NCBI GenBank assembly: GCA_044360225.1
Contig: JBIKKR010000001.1
Coordinates: 1-60,134, forward strand
Length of the DNA: 60,134 nt
Direction of reading: 5' to 3'
Source: Bdellovibrionota bacterium
GTDB lineage: Bacteria > Bdellovibrionota_C > UBA2361 > OMII01
Position 1 is the stretch's first letter. Each line of letters opens with the position of its first letter. The notes under the pieces are model-generated. The model was not told the DNA's origin, did no database searches, and worked only from the letters and a program-made list of their open reading frames with translations. Of the stretch, positions 36,855-46,792 are shown piece after piece. Made by a program: the position numbers and the translations under genes.

Positions 36855-37971
36855 TGAGCGCTCGCTCCTTGTTCCGCACCTGTACCTGCAACGGTAGCAT
36901 CGACGGGCTGGGCCATCACACCATCTCGAGCGGCCCGCGATGCTACTCCACGCTGGTACCGATTCACGGCATCGTTGTGCTGATCTAAATTCTCTGAGAA
37001 CACGTGGCGTCCCTCTCCGTTACCTACAAAGTACAGGTACCGAGTATCTGTCGGAAAGAGCGCAGCTTTAATCGCCGAAAATCCAGGGTTAGCGATCGGC
37101 CCCGGAGGTAATCCCGGTATAATGTAGGTATTGTACGGAGTCTCTGTTTGCAGATCACGCTTGGTAATATTACCGTTAAAGTTTTTTATTCCGTATATCA
37201 CCGTTGGATCAGCCTGCAGGCGCATATTGAGCTTAAGGCGATTGTGAAACACTGACGCTATTATCGGCTGCTCATCGAAGTTGCCGGACTCCTTTTCAAC
37301 GATCGATGCGAGGGTCAGGATCTGATGCTTGGACATCCCAAGCCTCGCTGCCTGACTATCCCACTCCGATGTCCAGTGCTTGTGAAGCTGATCGTACATC
37401 GCTCGGATAACCTGATCTGCGTGGGTGTTGCGGCGAAAATTGTACGTTTCAGGAAAGAGGTATCCCTCAAATGAGTGAGCTTCGATTCCCAAATCCTGGC
37501 GCAACCGCGGATCAGCGAGAGCTTCTTCAAAAGAAGCTCTATCGACGATACCCGCCTGCTCGACGATCGCGCTGATGTCGCTGATAGTCATCCCCTCACG
37601 AATCGTTGCCCTCCGAGGAATCGTATCGCCTCGTACCATAATGTCGAGGATCTGCTGCGGAGTCATCGATGGAGCGAGCGCGTACTCTCCGGCTTTAATC
37701 TGCGTATCCTTCTTTTCGAACCGGGCCAACATGCGAAAGGCAAGACCGCTGCGAATGATCCCCTGCTCTTCGAGCGTTCGTGCTACCTGCCTCAAACCGC
37801 GCGCAGTTTCAGTATCGAATACGACCGTTTCAATGTTTGATGGATCACGAGGCGTGTGAAAATAGTACGTGTAGGCGCGATAGGCCGCAACGCACACGAG
37901 CGCGCCTAGCAGCCCCACGGATGCAAGGACCGTCACTACTCGAAAGATAAACCGCCCGACCCTACCCATGT
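36851..37971 (-). CDS. mltG: endolytic murein transglycosylase MltG (YceG family)
   Basis: The ATG at 37971 (MGRVGRFIF) precedes a TM. EGYLFPETY, ASIVEKE, VFHNRL, LQADPTVIY, PYNTY and GLPPGPIANPG are YceG blocks. Confidence 0.85.
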
Positions 37972-37985
37972 CTGCTGCTCTGAAT

Positions 37986-38405
37986 TTACTTCTTAGACTC
38001 TCGATGCTGAGATGGATTGTACGTGAAGTATCGCTCCAAGATAAGACACGCTGCATAGGCATCAAGCTCAGAGCGCTCTGCCCCGGCGCTCTCAAGCCTC
38101 TCGGCTGCTTCTTGGGAGGAAAACGCCTCATCTACGAATTCCACACGAACTGAGGCTCGCTTCGACAATCGGCGTACAAACCCCTCAACCACATCGCAGG
38201 TCGCCGTTCGCTCACCGTGCGGGCCAAGAGGGAGCCCGACCACCAGGACATCGACCTTGCGTTCAACGAGTACGGCTATGAGCTCACGCTCGGCGCGACC
38301 TTGGGCTTTCGGCCACACTGCCAAGGGAAAGGCGATGCCCACTGTGGAGTCCCCCCAGGCCGCTCCTACCCTCACCGTCCCGACGTCTATCGCTAGCACA
38401 ACCAT
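37986..38405 (-). CDS. ruvX: putative pre-16S rRNA nuclease / Holliday junction resolvase-like RuvX (YqgF)
   Basis: The ATG at 38405 gives MVVLAIDVGTVRVG. LVVGLPLGPHGE, DEAFSSQEA and DAYAACLILERYF are also present. Confidence 0.85.
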   Translation of the reverse strand: MVVLAIDVGTVRVGAAWGDSTVGIAFPLAVWPKAQGRAERELIAVLVERKVDVLVVGLPLGPHGERTATCDVVEGFVRRLSKRASVRVEFVDEAFSSQEAAERLESAGAERSELDAYAACLILERYFTYNPSQHRESKK

Positions 38406-38601
38406 AGTCTCTAGTTCCGGACAGTACTGCGGTTCCCCCTTTCCTGGCCAGCCTGGTAACTGAGCAGGTAGCCCCCAGAGGCGATCTGTAGAGCCAGGGA
38501 GTGGGCCGGAACGGCCTTCGTTATACCAGGCCAAACTTAGTTATATTTTAAAAAGGGGTGCTTGTTCCTTTTCCTCTATCCGGCTTAAAGTCATCCGGTC
38601 T

Positions 38602-39939
38602 ATGAGAATAGTATCTTTATCTGTCAAAGCTGTCGTCGTAGGACTGGCGACTGTCGTAGTGGTAAAGGGCACCCCTGTGGGCCAACAGCTCTTTGCTAGC
38701 CTTGAGCAAGACGACAGCTCGAACCAACTCCTCTTTGATCCGAGCAGCCCCTTCCAGAGCCCGGCCTTAACCTCTTCTGAGGGGGTTCAGACCCCTGCCG
38801 AGGGCGACCGAGCTATCCAGAACAATCAACCATCGGTCGAGAGGTTCCAACACACGATCAAGAAGGGCTCCACACTCGCTTCCCTGTGGCGCGATATCAA
38901 GGGCGCACCGAAGGCCGTTCGGTCATTCATTACGGCATTCTCTTCGAAGCACCCAACACTCAAGGCTGGCGAGGTGTTGTCAGTAACCCGTAAGGGCGAT
39001 GAGGTCGTTGAGCTCCGTCGCGAGCTTGGAGATGGAGCAACGCTGATTATCACCGGTGATACCGATGAGGGATATAGCCCTCGAATCGAGCAGGCGGTTG
39101 TACACGCACACGACCGAAAGGTGTCCGGGACTATCTTCTCAACACTCGTTGAAGCGGCTCGGGGAAGCGATTTGCCGTATTCTGTCGTGGATGATTTCGT
39201 CGATCTCTTCAGCAATCGAGTAGACTTCCGTAAAGACTTGCAGTCTGGCGATACATTCACGGTGTGGTTCGATGAACGGCGCCTTGAAGATGGTCGAGTG
39301 CTCTCAACAGGCACGATTAGGGCCGCCTCTATCTCGCTCCAGGGAACGATGTACGCAGTCGTTCGTGACGTTGCCAAGGACGGCACCGTGCGCTACTTCG
39401 ATGAGAAGGGCGAGATGCCGACCAAGTCATTCCTGCGTTATCCAGTACAGTTCACACGGATCTCATCTGTATTTACCCACGCCCGCTTCCACCCCGTCCT
39501 CAAGATTTCGCGTCCACACAACGGAGTCGATTTCGCAGCACCACTTGGAACCCCGGTTCGCACAGTTGGTGATGGCGTTGTTGCTTTCGCTGGCTGGAAC
39601 AAAGGTGGCGGTAATATGATTAGAATCGCCCACGACTCACGGTACACAACCGAATACATGCACCTCTCAAAGATCGCCCCAGGTGTTAAGACCGGCGCGC
39701 GAGTAACCCGAGGCTCGGTTATTGGAGCTCTCGGCAGCACCGGCCTCTCAAGTGGCCCACACCTCCACTTTGGGCTCTTTGATAAAGGAACCTACGTTGA
39801 TCCGATGCAAGCCAAGGTTATCCAGTCGACACCAGACATCAAAGCACCTCAGGCTGTATTCTCGGTCATCGCCGAGATGAAGATGACCCACAAGAGTATC
39901 GCAGTGGCAGCGGCAGGCAGCGCGAAAAAGAAGGCATGA
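38602..39939 (+). CDS. M23-family metallopeptidase (MepM-like)
   Basis: An N-terminal TM or signal is followed by HNGVDFAAPLGTPV, EYMHLSKI and GSTGLSSGPHLHF. Confidence 0.85.
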   Translation: MRIVSLSVKAVVVGLATVVVVKGTPVGQQLFASLEQDDSSNQLLFDPSSPFQSPALTSSEGVQTPAEGDRAIQNNQPSVERFQHTIKKGSTLASLWRDIKGAPKAVRSFITAFSSKHPTLKAGEVLSVTRKGDEVVELRRELGDGATLIITGDTDEGYSPRIEQAVVHAHDRKVSGTIFSTLVEAARGSDLPYSVVDDFVDLFSNRVDFRKDLQSGDTFTVWFDERRLEDGRVLSTGTIRAASISLQGTMYAVVRDVAKDGTVRYFDEKGEMPTKSFLRYPVQFTRISSVFTHARFHPVLKISRPHNGVDFAAPLGTPVRTVGDGVVAFAGWNKGGGNMIRIAHDSRYTTEYMHLSKIAPGVKTGARVTRGSVIGALGSTGLSSGPHLHFGLFDKGTYVDPMQAKVIQSTPDIKAPQAVFSVIAEMKMTHKSIAVAAAGSAKKKA

Positions 39940-41225
39940 GCTTCTCTGTTTCAATCCTGGCGACCGGCTCCGAACTCCTTGACGGTCGGGTAATCGACAC
40001 CAACTCGAATATCGTTGCTCGCGCACTTGCAGACCTCGGACTGAAGCTCAAGCGTGTTCTCGTGGTCGATGACGATATCTCAGAGCTCGTTGCAGGGCTA
40101 GAGTCTTTAAGTCGCGTGAGTAACATCATCATCACCTCCGGGGGACTTGGACCAACGTCTGACGATCTTACCCGCGACATGGTAGCACAGTTTTTTGGGG
40201 TCGGCGTGGCAGAGTTCCCAGAGGCTCGCGCGCACTTAGAGCAGTTTTACAGCAAACGTTCGCGTATCCTTGATCCATCAAACCTCAAGCAAGCGCTCCT
40301 TCCGATTGGCTCAACGATGATACCGAATAAAAACGGCACTGCGCCCGGATTTATGATGACCGGCGCTGGAGCAGGCCCGCACAAGGTCACCGTGTGCTCA
40401 CTCTCCGGTGTGCCGCGTGAGTTCACGCCGATGTTCAACGACTCTGTGCTCCCGGTAATCCGTAACCACGCGGGAGGTGTGCGGCCGATCCAGCGGCACA
40501 CTTTTAAAGTTTTTGGTGTGCCCGAATCTGTAGCTGGAAAACTCGTTGAAGGATGTGGTCTACCGGAAGAGATCACTGTGTCGTATCGCGCCGTTTTCCC
40601 TGAAGTCCATGTTGTGCTCAAAGCTCCCCAAGAGGTATCGCTCGAAGAGCCCGCTGCAAAGGTACGCGCCGTACTGAATCGCGGCACGATCTACACAGAG
40701 AGCCCCTCTCAAAGCTTCGTCGAGCGAGTGCAACAGCTCCTGGTTGCACGAGGCGCCACCGTTGCCACTGCCGAATCGTGCACAGGTGGACTCGTCGCAA
40801 GTTACCTGACTGAGACACCGGGGTCATCGGCAATTTTTACAGGCAGTGTTGTGTCATACGACAACCGGATTAAAGAGCGGATCCTCAACGTACCAGGGCG
40901 CACCCTTGATAGGCACGGTGCGGTGAGCGCTGAAACAGTACACACGATGGCCCGGGAAGTACGGGAGATTATGCGCACTACCTACGGCATAGCTGTGAGT
41001 GGAGTGGCTGGCCCAGATGGCGGCACCCCCGATAAGCCGGTTGGTACGGTGTGGATCGGCCTGACTGGGCCGGACGGCAGGGCTCTGGAGCGGAAAATTC
41101 TCTACGTGAACGATCGACGCTCGATACGCGTGTACGCCACGTACGTGGCACTCGATCTCCTCAGACGTGAGGTAGAAGGTCTAGAGATATCGGACACCTA
41201 CCCAATTATCGCGGCAAAACCTTGA
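39936..41225 (+). CDS. cinA: CinA family protein (MoCF-like domain plus nicotinamide-nucleotide amidase domain)
   Basis: ILATGSELLDGRVIDTNS, ITSGGLGPTSDDLT, ATAESCTGGLVAS and VSGVAGPDGG...KPVGTVWIG are present. An ATGA overlap joins it to the upstream gene. Confidence 0.85.
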   Translation: MSFSVSILATGSELLDGRVIDTNSNIVARALADLGLKLKRVLVVDDDISELVAGLESLSRVSNIIITSGGLGPTSDDLTRDMVAQFFGVGVAEFPEARAHLEQFYSKRSRILDPSNLKQALLPIGSTMIPNKNGTAPGFMMTGAGAGPHKVTVCSLSGVPREFTPMFNDSVLPVIRNHAGGVRPIQRHTFKVFGVPESVAGKLVEGCGLPEEITVSYRAVFPEVHVVLKAPQEVSLEEPAAKVRAVLNRGTIYTESPSQSFVERVQQLLVARGATVATAESCTGGLVASYLTETPGSSAIFTGSVVSYDNRIKERILNVPGRTLDRHGAVSAETVHTMAREVREIMRTTYGIAVSGVAGPDGGTPDKPVGTVWIGLTGPDGRALERKILYVNDRRSIRVYATYVALDLLRREVEGLEISDTYPIIAAKP

Positions 41226-41236
41226 GCTATCTGTTC

Positions 41237-41386
41237 AGGGCTTCGCAATTCTCCCGCTATCTACTTGAAACGAATGGCATTCCTGACAGGGACACAAATG
41301 CGCGGCTAAATGTCGATAAACTCATTAAATACAGACCGTTCCGCGCATTTTTGGCCCCATTTAAGAAGAGAGAATTGCGAAGCCCT
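41237..41386 (+). mobile_element. MITE-like foldback element, copy B (best preserved)
   Basis: Perfect 17-nt terminal inverted repeats are agggcttcgcaattctc (41237-41253) and gagaattgcgaagccct (41370-41386). An inner inverted repeat is acaaatgcgcgg/ccgcgcattt. An 11-nt direct repeat gctatctgttc lies on both sides (41226-41236 and 41387-41397). Confidence 0.75.
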
Positions 41387-41455
41387 GCTATCTGTTCTGG
41401 AGCCGACATTGGACAAGGGTAGCGGGCGCCCACGCGTTGTGGGCAGATGCATCAC

Positions 41456-41488
41456 TTTCAGACCCGCATCGGCTCTTTTTAGGATTAT
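41456..41488. repeat. short conserved intergenic motif, copy 3
   Basis: tttcagacccgcatcggctctttttaggattat. Compare 6957-6990 and 22276-22307. Confidence 0.55.
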
Positions 41489-41558
41489 GATTAGCCAGTG
41501 AATCTTCAAGAGGTTATGCTAGAGTATTATAGAAGGAAAAAGTTGTAACGAGAGGTAC

Positions 41559-42551
41559 ATGACAGGATACGGAAGACGCGCAGGAGATCCCAAGGGTGCA
41601 ACCAAAGAGATGGAGGTTGCCTTTCCACAGTCAACTGTTATGCAGGCGCTCGTCGGGGACAAAGACGAAAACCTCAGGACAATAGAGCGAGAACTCGGCC
41701 TTAAGATAGGTCGCTCTGCGAATGGCCTCACGCTTGTCGGACAAGACACTGATGTTGAGCTAGGACACGACCTCCTCGTACAGCTCCGCGGTCTCGTTGA
41801 ATCGGGAGAGAATATTTTTAAAGGTGATGTAGAGCGCGCCATTAAGATGCTCTCAGGCAACAGGCGCCTCCGACTCGAAGAGCTTTTTCGTGACGAAATT
41901 CGAGTGAGCGGCAAACGCACGAAGATAGTTCCAAAGACGTTTCGCCAGAAAAACTACATCGAAGAGATTAAGAGTCACAGCGTTGTCTTTGGCGTCGGCC
42001 CAGCAGGCACAGGCAAAACCTACCTTGCGATGGCGATGGCGGTAACGGCGCTGCTCAATAAAGAGGTCAAACGTATTGTACTGTGCCGCCCGGCCGTTGA
42101 AGCTGGAGAGAAGCTCGGGTTCCTCCCCGGTGATATGGCTGAGAAGGTCAACCCCTACCTCCGACCACTCTACGATGCCCTGCACGATATGGTCGATTTT
42201 GACCGCGCGAAAGAACTAGTTGAGCGTGGTGTCGTTGAAGTGGCCCCACTTGCCTTCATGCGTGGTCGAACCCTCTCGAATGCCTTCGTTATCCTCGATG
42301 AAGCGCAGAACACAACTCCGGTGCAGATGAAGATGCTACTCACACGTTTGGGCTTTGGCTCTACCTGTGTCATCACCGGGGATGCAACTCAGATCGATTT
42401 ACCTCGTGGCGTCGAGTCAGGGTTACGTCATGCGCTCAAGCTCCTGAAAGACGTTAACGGAATATCGATCGTACACTTTACCGATGAGGATGTTGTGCGG
42501 CACCCACTCGTCTCAAGGATTATTCAAGCCTACGACCGTGATGAAGCGTAG
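41559..42551 (+). CDS. phoH: PhoH-like ATPase (YbeZ)
   Basis: GPAGTGKTYLAMAMAV, FMRGRTL and ILDEAQN are present. It is the first gene of the conserved phoH-HD-ybeY unit. Confidence 0.9.
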   Translation: MTGYGRRAGDPKGATKEMEVAFPQSTVMQALVGDKDENLRTIERELGLKIGRSANGLTLVGQDTDVELGHDLLVQLRGLVESGENIFKGDVERAIKMLSGNRRLRLEELFRDEIRVSGKRTKIVPKTFRQKNYIEEIKSHSVVFGVGPAGTGKTYLAMAMAVTALLNKEVKRIVLCRPAVEAGEKLGFLPGDMAEKVNPYLRPLYDALHDMVDFDRAKELVERGVVEVAPLAFMRGRTLSNAFVILDEAQNTTPVQMKMLLTRLGFGSTCVITGDATQIDLPRGVESGLRHALKLLKDVNGISIVHFTDEDVVRHPLVSRIIQAYDRDEA

Positions 42552-44121
42552 CCGACTCCTCTCTCCGCAGCGCCGAGAAACTCTCTCCATGATCCTCTGG
42601 ATCGGGCTCGTTAGTGTTGCTGCTGAAGGGATATTGGGAGCTTTTGTACCCGATCGCGATATCCTGCAACGTGCATCACGAGCGTTCCTGGTCTGGCTAT
42701 CGCTGGGAATGATGCACTATGGCGCGCAGGCGGTCATGTCAGAGTATCAGGCACATGATCGCAAGGGATTTACCGCGCTCTATATACTTCTTTCAACCTC
42801 GACCCTCTGGGTTGCCCTTACTGAAGTGATCGTTATGGCGCTGGTGATGTACTCGGGATTACACCTGTCGTCTGCCGGGGTATCTGCGGTCTCGTTGAGC
42901 TTTGCGCTGCCATACGCGGCCGTTGTGCTGATAGTTCAATCAATCGGCGGCTCACAACGCGCTATGTTTGCTGCAGCCTGCGCCACTGCTGTGTATGCCT
43001 TCTATACTCCAGCGCGATCGCTCAACCACGCCGTCATACCTTCTGCAATCTTTGCCTCATCAATCGTTGCCTGCCTCGCCTTCCGTCGCGGAGTACGATC
43101 ACGGAGTGCGTACCTGCGAGGTGCAGTATGGATAACCATCTCTCTCATACCGTTTGCCACCGTCTCTATGGTTATCGACCACAGCACGAGCGCACTCGAT
43201 GCCACCATTAGGATAGTAGCGTGCTGTGTCAGTGGACTCTCCAGCGCTCTCTTTGCAGTCGCGCTCACACCGATACTTGAGTACTTCGGCGAGTATGCCT
43301 CGGATATGCGGCTTATTGAGATGGCGACTCTGGACCACCCACTCCTCAAGGAGTTGAGCATCCAAGCGCCGGGCACTTGGAACCACTCGATGGTAATCGG
43401 GATGATGGTTGAATCAGCAGCGAACGTCATCGGTGCTAATCCTGTTGTTTGTCGAGTTGGTGCCTACTTTCACGACATCGGAAAGACCACCAAACCGCTC
43501 TACTTTGTGGAGAACCAGGAACCTGGAGAGAATCGTCACGACAAGCTCAGCCCATCGATGTCAGCGCTTATTATTCGTGCTCACGTTAAGGATGGTATCG
43601 AGCTCGCGCGGCGCCACAAACTACCAAAGATCATCGAAGATATGATACCGCAGCATCACGGCACATCCGTGATCGAGTACTTCTACGAGAAAGCCCGTAA
43701 GGATGCCGAGGAGCTCGGTGTTGAGCTAGACACGGTTGACCGCTCACTCTATCAGTACCCTGGCCCCCGCCCACAAACCAAGGAAGCAGGGTTGCTTATG
43801 CTTGCCGATGGCATCGAAGCTGCTGCGCGTACCTTGAGCGAGCCGACCCAAGACCGCATCCAGGGCTTGGTGCAGAAGATGATCAACAAAGTTTTTGCGA
43901 GTGGTGAGCTCAATGAGTGCGAACTTACCCTGCACGATCTCCATCTTATCGCACGGAGCTTCACCCACATCCTTACCGGCATCTACCATCAGCGCGTGGC
44001 CTATGCCGAGCCGGCCGAGAAGACCAGCGACCGCAGTGGCGATAGGGGTGCGGGCGACTCTGCTTCTGGAGCTGACGGCGAAGCAAAGCCAGAGAATCTG
44101 AGGAGACTGGGGATTGAATAA
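42541..44121 (+). CDS. 7TM-receptor HD/HDIG phosphohydrolase (YqfF-like)
   Basis: A polytopic N-terminal half is followed by YFHDIGK...HHG. The ATG at 42541 overlaps the phoH end. Confidence 0.8.
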   Translation: MKRSRLLSPQRRETLSMILWIGLVSVAAEGILGAFVPDRDILQRASRAFLVWLSLGMMHYGAQAVMSEYQAHDRKGFTALYILLSTSTLWVALTEVIVMALVMYSGLHLSSAGVSAVSLSFALPYAAVVLIVQSIGGSQRAMFAAACATAVYAFYTPARSLNHAVIPSAIFASSIVACLAFRRGVRSRSAYLRGAVWITISLIPFATVSMVIDHSTSALDATIRIVACCVSGLSSALFAVALTPILEYFGEYASDMRLIEMATLDHPLLKELSIQAPGTWNHSMVIGMMVESAANVIGANPVVCRVGAYFHDIGKTTKPLYFVENQEPGENRHDKLSPSMSALIIRAHVKDGIELARRHKLPKIIEDMIPQHHGTSVIEYFYEKARKDAEELGVELDTVDRSLYQYPGPRPQTKEAGLLMLADGIEAAARTLSEPTQDRIQGLVQKMINKVFASGELNECELTLHDLHLIARSFTHILTGIYHQRVAYAEPAEKTSDRSGDRGAGDSASGADGEAKPENLRRLGIE

Positions 44122-44695
44122 GAAACGGCCACCTACTCGTAGGGCTACTCATCATAAGCGGACTACAGCGCGGAATACGAAACCCGCGAGTAGAACGGTC
44201 GCACAAGCTCGACCAACCTCATGGCAGATTCACTGCACCATTGAGAGTACACTACTTAAGATCCCCTCTCAGAGCATTCGCTCAATTGTGCGCAGCACCC
44301 TCAAGCACATCGCGGAAGAGATCGCGCTCAGTCATGTGTCCGAGCTACATGTCATGGTGATTAATGACGCACGGATGCGCGAGATTAACTTCGAATTTCG
44401 CAAAAAAGACAAGCCAACCGACGTGCTCTCATTCCCGCAGTATACTCCACAGGAGATCCGAGGCTCGGTCAAACCACAGGATTCAGCCGGAAGTTACTTG
44501 GGCGATCTCGTTATCTCCAGCGAGACGACAATTCGGCAAGCCAAACGCTTCGGCGTAACGGTGCGAGCGGAGCTCACGCGACTTATCGTTCACGGCATCT
44601 TGCATCTGATCGGATATGACCATGAGGGAGTTCCCGCACGCGAGGCTCAAGCGATGCGTCGTCGCGAGCGGGTGTTGCGGGAGCTTTTAGCGTGA
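44114..44695 (+). CDS. ybeY: rRNA maturation RNase YbeY
   Basis: HGILHLIGYDH is the zinc site. A basic N-terminal extension makes the true start uncertain. Confidence 0.85.
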   Translation: MNKKRPPTRRATHHKRTTARNTKPASRTVAQARPTSWQIHCTIESTLLKIPSQSIRSIVRSTLKHIAEEIALSHVSELHVMVINDARMREINFEFRKKDKPTDVLSFPQYTPQEIRGSVKPQDSAGSYLGDLVISSETTIRQAKRFGVTVRAELTRLIVHGILHLIGYDHEGVPAREAQAMRRRERVLRELLA

Positions 44696-44718
44696 CCGGG
44701 CTCGAGCGACCTATGGTC

Positions 44719-46563
44719 TTAGAGTCGAAACCTCTCCACCGCGATACCACATGCTGGTGATGGCCTCTTCCGTGAACAGAGCTCCTGCATCTTCAGTACT
44801 ACATCGCCGGTCTTGTCGTTCCATCCTCGAAGTTTGAAGTAGCCATGCTTTAATATAAGAAACGCTATCGATTCAGGATTAACGACATCACCTTGAGTAA
44901 AATCCCGTTCAAAACCGCCTGCAGCATCAGGATTTCTCTTTATCACCTCATCCATCGACACGAACGGATTCAAGAATGCATACGTTGGGATGCTTCTTTT
45001 TTGAGCCTCATCCCTGTGGACAAAGAGCATATTTACATCATCAAAATAGGCTAATTTCCAATCGGGATCTGACGACAAAAAGCGATGTACCACTACGATC
45101 TCACTCGCCTCCCGAGGCAGCGGCACTATAAAGGCTCTCATGTCGTACTTTTGTATATCACCCTTTAGAACCTCCAGGTCATTACCTAGCTTCATGTAGT
45201 GCAGAAACCCCTGCTCCCCATAGACCTCATCAAGCCGAGCTCCGTCGATATACACTTTATAGTCGGGGTACATCCGATAGAGAAAATAGGCCCCCGTGTC
45301 GTAATCCGAAAAAACGTTCCCCTCTACCTTTGCTTCCTTGAGAATCTGAATCGCCCTCTCGGGGAACTTATACGGATCGACGCCAAAAGCGAATGTGCGC
45401 TTGGCGGTACCGTTAGAGTAACCCACCAAAGCAACTTTAACGGCAACGAGCAGGACGCTCACAAAGATGAGCGATGCCACGTGAGGACGTATGGTGATCT
45501 GCCGCTCCTGTATCCACCGCGCGGCAGCTATGGTAAGAACGCCGCACAACGCGAGATACAAGAGCGGAATGTGCCGAGAACAGCCTAGCGCGAGAGAGAA
45601 CAACGCTCCGGTAATAATCAACAAAGCCGCAGGAATACGCACCCTAGCCCCTGAGATGAATACCGCACCTGCGAGAACACCGACCAGGATGCAGGCCCCA
45701 TAGAACCACCACGCCAGTGTTTGGCTGGCTACGAGCGTTGAAAACGGCGAGAACCACTCGAATATATTCTCTCTCGAAGGATGAGCACTCAAAAGCTCCT
45801 CGGCAAACTTGCCGTACGCCGATAACCCCATCGGCGACATCGCATTGGCAACAATAACACCGAGCAAGACCTGAGTCTGGTACGCGTCGAAGCGTCGCTG
45901 CTTGTAGCTTTCAACAAACCACCACACTCCCGTAAAGAAAACTCCAAGAATCGCACTCGGGTGGCTATTTATCCACAACACCTGAAGCGGGATCGCGCAC
46001 CACATCCCCCTCGAAGAGGTTGACGTGACTAACAACAATGAGATGACTACATATAGGTAGGCGAATACGTAGATTCGCGTTTGAAACCAGTAGCACGAGG
46101 CCATCACAACGAGGGATGTTACCACGAACGCCACCACCGGTTGCCTCGTTCGGCGACTCCAGACGGCGTACAGAAGCCCGTACGTAGCAGCGATCATAAG
46201 CCCGCAAAAGATCTGCACTGCTGGTAGGCCGCCTATAGAATGAACTCCGTAGAACACGACACACGGCAGCGGTCGATTAAGGAGCCATCGGTGCGGCCCT
46301 GTAAACGAGAATGGATCTAATTCGGGAAACGTCTTCGTCTTCCACAGAAACTCTCCCGTTACGATGTTCGAGAAGATATCTTCAGACTCGATCAGAAAGA
46401 TGCTAGAGATAAACGCCAGCCCACTAATGAGCGCTACGTGCAGCCATGAGAAACCAGCAGCCGATCCCTCACAATCTACTGGGGGGGTCGACAAATCATG
46501 TAGTATTGTCACCTGCTGTCGCTCTTCTCTCCGTTGCTGCTTTAGTTTTGCATTTCGGCCCAT
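44719..46563 (-). CDS. polytopic membrane protein with C-terminal periplasmic domain (GT-C-like), paralog 1
   Basis: 614 aa. It shares long blocks with 46793-48727, for example ESEDIFSNIVTGEFLW/ETEDVFSHVVTGGYLW. Other shared pairs are DPFSFTGPHRWLL/DPFSYTGPHKWLL and YDMRAFIVPLPR...DPDWKLAYFDD/YDMRAFILPLPR...DPAWKLAYFDD. Confidence 0.7.
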   Translation of the reverse strand: MGRNAKLKQQRREERQQVTILHDLSTPPVDCEGSAAGFSWLHVALISGLAFISSIFLIESEDIFSNIVTGEFLWKTKTFPELDPFSFTGPHRWLLNRPLPCVVFYGVHSIGGLPAVQIFCGLMIAATYGLLYAVWSRRTRQPVVAFVVTSLVVMASCYWFQTRIYVFAYLYVVISLLLVTSTSSRGMWCAIPLQVLWINSHPSAILGVFFTGVWWFVESYKQRRFDAYQTQVLLGVIVANAMSPMGLSAYGKFAEELLSAHPSRENIFEWFSPFSTLVASQTLAWWFYGACILVGVLAGAVFISGARVRIPAALLIITGALFSLALGCSRHIPLLYLALCGVLTIAAARWIQERQITIRPHVASLIFVSVLLVAVKVALVGYSNGTAKRTFAFGVDPYKFPERAIQILKEAKVEGNVFSDYDTGAYFLYRMYPDYKVYIDGARLDEVYGEQGFLHYMKLGNDLEVLKGDIQKYDMRAFIVPLPREASEIVVVHRFLSSDPDWKLAYFDDVNMLFVHRDEAQKRSIPTYAFLNPFVSMDEVIKRNPDAAGGFERDFTQGDVVNPESIAFLILKHGYFKLRGWNDKTGDVVLKMQELCSRKRPSPACGIAVERFRL

Positions 46564-46792
46564 GGTGAATTTCTAACGTTGAACAGCGTGCAACGCCAGA
46601 TGTAAGAGTGGGAGATTAGCTCACAGAGACAGTAACTAATGACAGTGCTAAGGCAATAGACCCTTGTTCCAACTCTGCGTGTGATGGGATTATGAGGCGT
46701 TTCAACTTCATAGAGTATTTCGGTTGACCGCTATTCTTAGGCTGGCGATAGCAGCGAACCGAACTATTGGGGTCAATATACATCAGAGCACC

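Noticed and set aside
41226-41397. The 11-nt direct repeat gctatctgttc flanking MITE copy B, read as a target-site duplication.
   Set aside because: Not accepted as proven. Copy C has a similar TCTGTT segment only on its right side, and copy A has no flanking direct repeat. The segment may therefore belong to the element. An empty site is needed to decide.
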